Source of the DNA: a virus
Lineage: Duplodnaviria > Heunggongvirae > Uroviricota > Caudoviricetes
Virus record (IMG/VR): IMGVR_UViG_2802428982_000005
Span: 1 to 19,926 of that record
Reading direction: 5' to 3' (one strand)
Length of the DNA stretch: 19,926 bases
In this document: positions 14,555 to 19,926 of the stretch, piece by piece
Layout of the letters: each line of letters begins with the position of its first letter
Numbering within the stretch: the first letter of the stretch is position 1
Position numbers and translations under genes: made by a program
Notes under the pieces: generated by a model
The model's input: only the letters and a program-made list of their open reading frames with translations
Database searches by the model: none
What the model was told of the DNA's origin: nothing

Positions 14555-14965
14555 CTAGGGGCGGCGGTCCTCCAGATCAGTCACCCGGTCGTACAGGGCG
14601 GTGTGTCTGCGGTTCTGCTCGCGAACGTCGCCGTGCAGGCCGCCAACTTCCTTGCGCAGGTCGGACATCTCCTCGCGGATACCGCGCAGGTCACGCATGG
14701 CATCGGCGAATCTGTCGACCAGATACTCGACGCCGCGGACTGCGCGGTCGACGTCGTCGCGCAGGTTGGTCTCGTGCGAGTTCACTACCTGCTCCTCCAC
14801 TCCTGCCAACTTCGCCTCGACCGCGTCGACGCTCTTGTTGACGGCGGTCACGTGCTTGCGGCTGGAGAAGTGCGAGGTGATGTATGCGGTGCCCCAGCCG
14901 CCGACGGCCGCTATGGTCAGGGCGGCTAGGTCCATCCAGGAATCAGCGCCCACTCCCCCGCTCAC
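14555..14965 (-). CDS. DUF2746-like lysis-cassette protein (one TM helix plus coiled coil)
   Basis: N-terminal TM segment and VVNSHETNLRDDVD motif, directly after the holin with a GTGA overlap. Confidence 0.8.
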   Translation of the reverse strand: MSGGVGADSWMDLAALTIAAVGGWGTAYITSHFSSRKHVTAVNKSVDAVEAKLAGVEEQVVNSHETNLRDDVDRAVRGVEYLVDRFADAMRDLRGIREEMSDLRKEVGGLHGDVREQNRRHTALYDRVTDLEDRRP

Positions 14966-15339
14966 TCAGCCGGGCCGCTCGTCGGGGCGATGCTGGGCGT
15001 GGTGTTGGTGTTGGCCGCCGCGAGCCCACCGCCCAACAGGATTGGGATGAGCGCAAGCCATGGCGCGATCTGGTCCTGGGTGAAGATGCCCCACCCGATG
15101 AGGAGGGTGGCACCGGCGCCGAGGACGGGGTACACCCAGCGCCGGAAGCCATCGGCGGTGTTGATGTGCGACAGGGTCGAGTCGAACACCGCAAGCAGCA
15201 GTGCCGCAACGAGGTTCGCTTTGGTGGCCGTCAGAATCCCCATGGTGACCAGGAAGACGGCCAACCCGGGTATTGCGGTGTGTATGAAGGCGCGGAGATC
15301 ACTCCACGTCTTGATGCCCAACAGTGAGGTGTCCTTCAT
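14962..15339 (-). CDS. Holin (multi-pass membrane protein)
   Basis: 125 aa with about four hydrophobic segments, immediately after lysin B. Confidence 0.8.
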   Translation of the reverse strand: MKDTSLLGIKTWSDLRAFIHTAIPGLAVFLVTMGILTATKANLVAALLLAVFDSTLSHINTADGFRRWVYPVLGAGATLLIGWGIFTQDQIAPWLALIPILLGGGLAAANTNTTPSIAPTSGPAE

Positions 15340-15392
15340 GTCAAATCCCTTTCAACAGTTGCATTTACACAGTTGCTGGACAGGCCCGCCGA

Positions 15393-16559
15393 TTAGGCGG
15401 GAGTTTGGAGTTGGGCAGCGACGTCGAATTGGAATAGCTGGTCCCAGTTGGACCAGGTGCCCGGGAGTAGGACGAGGGTGCAGCCTTTCGGGGCCACGCG
15501 GCGGATGTTGGCGGCGGCGTGGTCGACGGCAGTCATGCCGTCCCACAACGCATATGCCGGGTCGCCGTACTTTCCGTGTGCGTTGGTGGCGATGAACTTG
15601 ATGGCGTCGAACAGTAGGTACACCAGGTCCGGTAGCAGGGACAGCAGCTGCACGGGGTTGAGCAGCTGACCGATGGTCCCTGCCGGGCCGGTCGTCATGA
15701 GTCCGGCGAGGCCGGACAGCGCGCCGTGCAGGGGGTCGTCACTTGGGGCGAGGCCGAGTAGTTCCTGGAATGCCTGTTGTGGGAACTTTGTGAACAGGTA
15801 GATAGCGAAGTCCAGGGTCAGCTCGGCGCGGGTGAGGACCTGGTACAGCAGGAACAGCAGGCCGCGGGCACGTGGGTACCAGTCGCCGTCGATGGAGTAC
15901 GACCAGTAGCGGTCCTGTACCCATTGTGGTTGCGGCAGTTTGGAGATGCCCTCGCCGGGGTCGTTGCCCAGCAGGCTTCCCTCGGCGGGCATGGATGGGT
16001 CTCCGAAGGTGGTGACGCCGAGCACGAACTGGCGCCACTCCGGCGGCAGCGCAGTGAGGCACTTCTGCACGGAGACGCCGCCCATGGAGTAGCCGAGGAG
16101 CCAGATGTTGGTGCCCGCCATGGGCCGGTACAGGCGCATGAACTCGTCACGGAACTGGTCGGTGGCCTTGTTGAAGCTGTGCGCGTCGGGTGGGTTGAGG
16201 AAGGCCCGCGAGTCTGCCCAGACTCCCTGGATCGGGTACTTGGACCGGTAGACCGGCGCGACGTAGGCGCCGATGGCCTTTCGTACCGCCAGGTTCGCGA
16301 CGCCGTCGTCGCGGAGGGGCGTGGTGATACCCAGGCGGCGCAACCGCTCTACTTCGACAGGGTCGTTGTTCATGAAGCGGGTGATGTCCTGCACGGCCGC
16401 CGCGGTGCCGTCCGTGTAGCGGTCGTCGAGCATCACGCCGTGCTCCGCTGCGTGGCTGTTCTTCGGGTAGGCGCGCAGGAGTCGTCGCTCGATGTTGGCT
16501 ACCTCTGGGCTGACGTCGCCGGGGCCGTACCCGATCCACTTGCCGTCGGGGCCGTTCAC
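15393..16559 (-). CDS. lysB: Lysin B (mycolylarabinogalactan esterase), with N-terminal peptidoglycan-binding-like domain
   Basis: GYSMG nucleophile elbow, FGDP, DGDWY and AHGKY (Ser-Asp-His). Coupled to lysA by a GTGA overlap. Confidence 0.88.
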   Translation of the reverse strand: MNGPDGKWIGYGPGDVSPEVANIERRLLRAYPKNSHAAEHGVMLDDRYTDGTAAAVQDITRFMNNDPVEVERLRRLGITTPLRDDGVANLAVRKAIGAYVAPVYRSKYPIQGVWADSRAFLNPPDAHSFNKATDQFRDEFMRLYRPMAGTNIWLLGYSMGGVSVQKCLTALPPEWRQFVLGVTTFGDPSMPAEGSLLGNDPGEGISKLPQPQWVQDRYWSYSIDGDWYPRARGLLFLLYQVLTRAELTLDFAIYLFTKFPQQAFQELLGLAPSDDPLHGALSGLAGLMTTGPAGTIGQLLNPVQLLSLLPDLVYLLFDAIKFIATNAHGKYGDPAYALWDGMTAVDHAAANIRRVAPKGCTLVLLPGTWSNWDQLFQFDVAAQLQTPA

Positions 16560-17848
16560 GGCTTCGCCCCGAGCTTGAAGCCGGTCTTACCGGCGTCTGT
16601 CGACCCGGTGAGGTGGTCGCGAATCTCAGCGACTGCCTCGATGAGCGTCTGCCATCCCAGCATCTCCCAGCGTCCGTTGATCTGCTGGAAGGTCTGCTTG
16701 TCGAAGTCCGCGGGTATCGCGGTTGGTGACGGGTCCGGTGGCTGGACCACGGGTGTCTCGCCTGGGAACTGGTATCCGGCAATGTCCTTGGCGACCTCGC
16801 CGCGGAACCAGCCCATGTCGATGTTGCCCGGGTCCCACTTCACGTTGGGCGCGGCGGTCGCATACTCCTTGTGGCCGATGACGCGGTCGGCGCCGTAGCC
16901 GAGCTTGGTGAGGACGGCGGCCGTCGCGTCGCGCATGGTGATGATCTGTGCGTCCGGCCACCGCTGTCCTTTGTCAAAGCTGCCGTCCGGCTGGATGGTC
17001 GGCCACGCGCATTCGAAGCCGATGAGCCGCTGGTTGCCGGTGTTGGCGGCGATGCCTGGATACTTGCCGATCCCGGCGTGGTTGCAGGGGCCGACGGCGA
17101 TGAGATGGCACTTGCCGTCTGGGGTGATGAGGCACTGCGACAGTGGCCCGGCGAGGTCGGAGCGTCCGTCGCGGATGCCTGCGACGGTCTCCCGGTCGTT
17201 GCCGGTGTGGTGGATCATCACGCCCCAGATGTCGCCCATCTGGCCGCCGGTGCCGCGGTCTTTCCAGCCTGCCTCGACGACCAGTCGGTCGCCGAGTGCT
17301 GCGCGTAGTACGTCTTCTAGCCAGACGGGGTCTCCTGTGTAGCCCACGTTGTCTCCTTCGGGTGGTGTGGTTGCGAGGGCGCGGCGCACGACGTCCCATG
17401 CCTCGTCCCAGTGCTGCGCGTAGCGGTCGGGGTATGCCGATCCCTGGACGCGCTGGGCGAATTGTCCTGCCAGTGCGGGGTTTCCGGCTGCGGTGTGGTA
17501 GTCGCCGGACAGTCGACTTAGGAAAAGGTCGGCGGATTGGGCGAGTGTCATGCGTTGTGCGGGTGTGCCCCACCATGGGGGACGCTGTTGGAAGTAGCCG
17601 GATGAGTCCGCGTCATCGGATTCTGAGTCGTGTGGTAGCTGGAGGGTGTCGGGATCTGATTGGTTAGCGGGGCACCACCATTGGCGGTTTCCGTCGTCGT
17701 CGTCAGCTCCGACTTCGACGGCTACGGTCATGCAGGCGATGACGGTGGCTAGCTCGTCTAGGCCGCGTTGTAGTGCGACGGCATGTATTTCACGTGCTAC
17801 TTGTTCCCGGGTGCGCAGTGGGTGGTCGGCGAGCCAGGTGAAGGACAT
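16556..17848 (-). CDS. lysA: Lysin A (N-terminal peptidase-like domain + Amidase_2 + C-terminal domain)
   Basis: Amidase motifs MIHHTG, NHAG, IGFE and GHKE. N-terminal SGYFQQR...WG domain typical of mycobacteriophage endolysins. Confidence 0.92.
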   Translation of the reverse strand: MSFTWLADHPLRTREQVAREIHAVALQRGLDELATVIACMTVAVEVGADDDDGNRQWWCPANQSDPDTLQLPHDSESDDADSSGYFQQRPPWWGTPAQRMTLAQSADLFLSRLSGDYHTAAGNPALAGQFAQRVQGSAYPDRYAQHWDEAWDVVRRALATTPPEGDNVGYTGDPVWLEDVLRAALGDRLVVEAGWKDRGTGGQMGDIWGVMIHHTGNDRETVAGIRDGRSDLAGPLSQCLITPDGKCHLIAVGPCNHAGIGKYPGIAANTGNQRLIGFECAWPTIQPDGSFDKGQRWPDAQIITMRDATAAVLTKLGYGADRVIGHKEYATAAPNVKWDPGNIDMGWFRGEVAKDIAGYQFPGETPVVQPPDPSPTAIPADFDKQTFQQINGRWEMLGWQTLIEAVAEIRDHLTGSTDAGKTGFKLGAKP

Positions 17849-17849
17849 G

Positions 17850-17984
17850 TCAGTAGCTCGCTTCCATGTCGTGCTTGGCCTCGTATACGAATAGGGCGAT
17901 GCCGAGTCCGATGCCGACGAGAGCGCCGGTCGCTATTCCGGCCAAAATGGCGAAGGCGTGGGAATGGAAAACATGACTTAACAT
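17850..17984 (-). CDS. Small single-TM membrane protein (44 aa) upstream of lysA
   Basis: Not in the ORF track. MLSHVFHSHAFAILAGIATGALVGIGLGIALFVYEAKHDMEASY, RBS GGAG, stop 1 nt before the lysA ATG. Confidence 0.7.
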   Translation of the reverse strand: MLSHVFHSHAFAILAGIATGALVGIGLGIALFVYEAKHDMEASY

Positions 17985-18000
17985 GTTGTGCTCCAATGCT

Positions 18001-18198
18001 TTAGGGGAGACGCCAGAGAACGAGGGCGCTGAATAGGACGGCGCGACGATGGGGCCACTTGGCTGTGATGCCGCCGTGGATGGTGTGGTCGACGACGGGG
18101 CGTCCGCAGATCGGACACCGGTCCTCGGGGTGGCCTTCGTTGAAGGCGGGGAGGTCGGTTCCGTACTCGTCGCAGAGAGCGAGCACTTCCCGTATCAC
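18001..18198 (-). CDS. Hypothetical protein (65 aa), CPIC..H motif and hydrophobic C-terminus
   Basis: GTGA overlap with the upstream gene stop. Confidence 0.6.
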   Translation of the reverse strand: MIREVLALCDEYGTDLPAFNEGHPEDRCPICGRPVVDHTIHGGITAKWPHRRAVLFSALVLWRLP

Positions 18199-18545
18199 AG
18201 TCCAGCGCGCCGTATTTCGTTGGTGACGAATAGGTCGCCGTTTTTGATGGGCCGGATATCTACTACCGTTCGAATGTCGAATACCAGAGGGTGCTCTGGT
18301 TGGGACATTCCCACCGGCGCGCCGCCTGTCGGCTCCATCCAGTACGTGAAGAACGGGTACCGGCCCGCGGGGGCGTGGACGACTGCCGAGCCCTCGACAG
18401 TGCCGTTAGCGGTTGGCTGCCAATTGATCTGGCCGCGGCGATACTCCGGGTGTGGGGGTTCGCGGCCGTCTTCACCCGCCAGCCCGATGTAGACGGGCCA
18501 CACGACGACTTGGAGTATTCCGTCGGCTTTGGCCGGGGCGGTCAC
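18195..18545 (-). CDS. Probable minor tail/structural protein (116 aa)
   Basis: GTG at 18545 overlaps the stop of the upstream gene. YRRGQINW..T.NG...GS segment parallels YARAQTTW.S.S.G...GS of its neighbour. This is only the 3' end of the 432-aa track ORF. Confidence 0.7.
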   Translation of the reverse strand: MTAPAKADGILQVVVWPVYIGLAGEDGREPPHPEYRRGQINWQPTANGTVEGSAVVHAPAGRYPFFTYWMEPTGGAPVGMSQPEHPLVFDIRTVVDIRPIKNGDLFVTNEIRRAGL

Positions 18546-18892
18546 GCGATACCCAGCGAAGGGGTGAGAACCAGGTTGCCCGGGGTGGAAAAGATGGCTT
18601 GGGTGACGGCGCAGTTGTCGATCATGTTGGCTGCGCCGACTGCTGCGGCGGAAGCCATGATGGCGTGGGTGATGGTGGATGCCGGGACTGCGATGCTTAC
18701 CGCGGAGCCGGTTACGTTCCCACCTGAGCCGGATGTCCAGGTGGTTTGGGCGCGGGCGTAGCCGACGCCGGTGGACTCGTTGGAGGGTGTCTGTGAGGTG
18801 CCGGGTGCGCCGGTCGCGCACCCAAACCAGTTGCCTAGAGATTTCCATGCCTCGGCGAGGGATTGCCGCGTCTGGGGTACTTGAATTGCCAT
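18542..18892 (-). CDS. Minor tail protein (116 aa)
   Basis: NE.TG.GYARAQ.TW motif typical of actinophage minor tail proteins. RBS AGGAG. Confidence 0.8.
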   Translation of the reverse strand: MAIQVPQTRQSLAEAWKSLGNWFGCATGAPGTSQTPSNESTGVGYARAQTTWTSGSGGNVTGSAVSIAVPASTITHAIMASAAAVGAANMIDNCAVTQAIFSTPGNLVLTPSLGIA

Positions 18893-18900
18893 GTGGTCTC

Positions 18901-19926
18901 CTATTGCCTTGCGTAGAAGTGGGCTTCGCCGCGGGCACCCGCGTTGCCGTTGCTGAATGCGCCGCCGCCCTTGCCGCCTGAGCCGGGAGCGGCGCCGTCG
19001 CCTGTGCCGCCGGTGTAGGTCTGGCCGTTGAGGGAGACGTCGCGGTTGGAGTTGGCGTTTCCGCCGCCGACGGGGTCGCCGGACTGTGTGCCGATGCCGC
19101 CGCGTCCTGTTGCGCCAGGTGCGGTGACGAGGGTGGAGCCGTTGACGATGCCGGTTGTGGGGCCGCCGTTGCCGCCGTTACCTCCCCCGGTGCCTGCCGT
19201 GCCGCCGACTCCGATGGAGCCGGTGACTTGTGTGGCGGTCCATGGGAAATCGACGCCGCGTTCCCAGGTTCCGTACACCCATTGGCCGCCGTCGCCGCCC
19301 TGTGCTGGGGTGAAGGAGAATTGGGCGCCGCCACCGCCGCCCCCTCCGGGTAGGTAGGCATAGTCGATGTAGCGGCACCAGTACGGGATGTTGTAGGTGT
19401 AGGACCCGGTCGTTGTGATGTCGGTGCGTACCGGGGACATCGCCGGGAACGCTGCGCCGCACTGGAGGGTGCCGGTTGCGGCGAATGCCGCACCTAGTTG
19501 GTACTTCTGGGCTACCTGGACTGCCAGTGTGCCTGCACCGGCCAGGGCCGCGCCCAGCGTGTACGCCTGCGTTACCTGTGCGGCCAAGGTGCCCCCGCCG
19601 CCGAATGTGGCGCTTCGGGTGAACTGTTGGAGTAGTTGTGCCGATAGCGTGCCTGCACCAGCCAGTTGCGCCAGACGGTCTAGGCGGATCCGCGCATCTA
19701 CTGACATGCTGCCGGTGCCAGCCATGGCGGCCGTACGTTGGTACAGCTGTCGGACGTCGGCCGCCAGTGCGCCTGCCCCGTTGTATCCCGCTGTGATGCC
19801 GTATATCTGGGAGACCTGGGCGGTGAGGGTGCCCGCTCCCGCCATGTCGGCACCGACGGTGTACACCTGCGCAACGTCGACGGCCATGGTGCCCTCGGTG
19901 GTGAGGGCGGCTGTTCTATCGGGTAT
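18901..19926 (-). CDS. Minor tail (fibre/spike) protein with 20-aa repeats and Gly-rich C-terminal domain; 5' end outside the window
   Basis: The frame is open to the window edge (IPDRTAALTTEGT before the track Met). Seven or more 20-aa repeats, then a Gly-rich domain (IP.WCRYID.....GGGGGG). Confidence 0.85.
   Translation of the reverse strand: MPDRTAALTTEGTMAVDVAQVYTVGADMAGAGTLTAQVSQIYGITAGYNGAGALAADVRQLYQRTAAMAGTGSMSVDARIRLDRLAQLAGAGTLSAQLLQQFTRSATFGGGGTLAAQVTQAYTLGAALAGAGTLAVQVAQKYQLGAAFAATGTLQCGAAFPAMSPVRTDITTTGSYTYNIPYWCRYIDYAYLPGGGGGGGAQFSFTPAQGGDGGQWVYGTWERGVDFPWTATQVTGSIGVGGTAGTGGGNGGNGGPTTGIVNGSTLVTAPGATGRGGIGTQSGDPVGGGNANSNRDVSLNGQTYTGGTGDGAAPGSGGKGGGAFSNGNAGARGEAHFYARQ

Larger units (their letters stand above)
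7294..19926 (-). mobile_element. Distal end of a temperate siphovirus-like mycobacteriophage prophage; continues beyond the right edge
   Basis: Minor tail genes, lysA-lysB-holin-DUF2746 cassette and accessory block, ending at the tRNA-derived att core. Confidence 0.88.

Noticed and set aside
15777-16898. 373-aa plus-strand ORF and similar long antisense ORFs (1280-1924, 8912-9508, 13598-14091)
   Set aside because: Antisense shadows of well-supported genes, expected in GC-rich DNA, with no recognisable motifs or RBS.
18901-19360. PE_PGRS-like host gene
   Set aside because: Gly-rich but has no PE domain and sits in the tail operon with features of phage minor tail proteins.
18195-19493. 432-aa ORF in the track
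   Set aside because: The 5' three quarters are an alternative frame over two real tail genes, with Ala/Pro/Thr/Arg-biased shadow composition. Only 18195-18545 looks genuine, and no slippery site was identified.

Overview
This is a mycobacterial-type (GC-rich, actinobacterial) window made entirely of mobile DNA. Two elements meet at a 37-bp 3' tRNA fragment (7294-7330, most likely tRNA-Arg(ACG)) that acts as an att core. Left (<1-7330) is a phiRv1/phiRv2-like or PICI-like satellite. It carries a tyrosine integrase and an XRE repressor, with a divergent operon of excisionase, small genes, a DUF2742-like gene, a P-loop replication protein with internal iterons, scaffold, major capsid and a frameshifted HNH. 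Right (7294->19926) is the distal end of a siphovirus-like prophage in reverse orientation. It carries minor tail genes, lysin A, an apparently circularly permuted lysin B, holin, a DUF2746-like gene and a terminator. These are followed by an accessory block: small HTH gene, WXG100-like pair with a 748-aa type VII secretion effector, two convergent lipoproteins, a 105-aa gene, a DUF932-like gene and an Rv2646-like recombinase. The most striking unannotated signal is a 16-bp palindrome, GTATAG-N4-CTATAC, found exactly three times by eye. Each copy lies within a separate leftward promoter (HTH gene, 105-aa gene, DUF932-like gene), suggesting an autoregulated accessory regulon. Family assignments rest on recognised motifs and recalled homologues, not on database searches.
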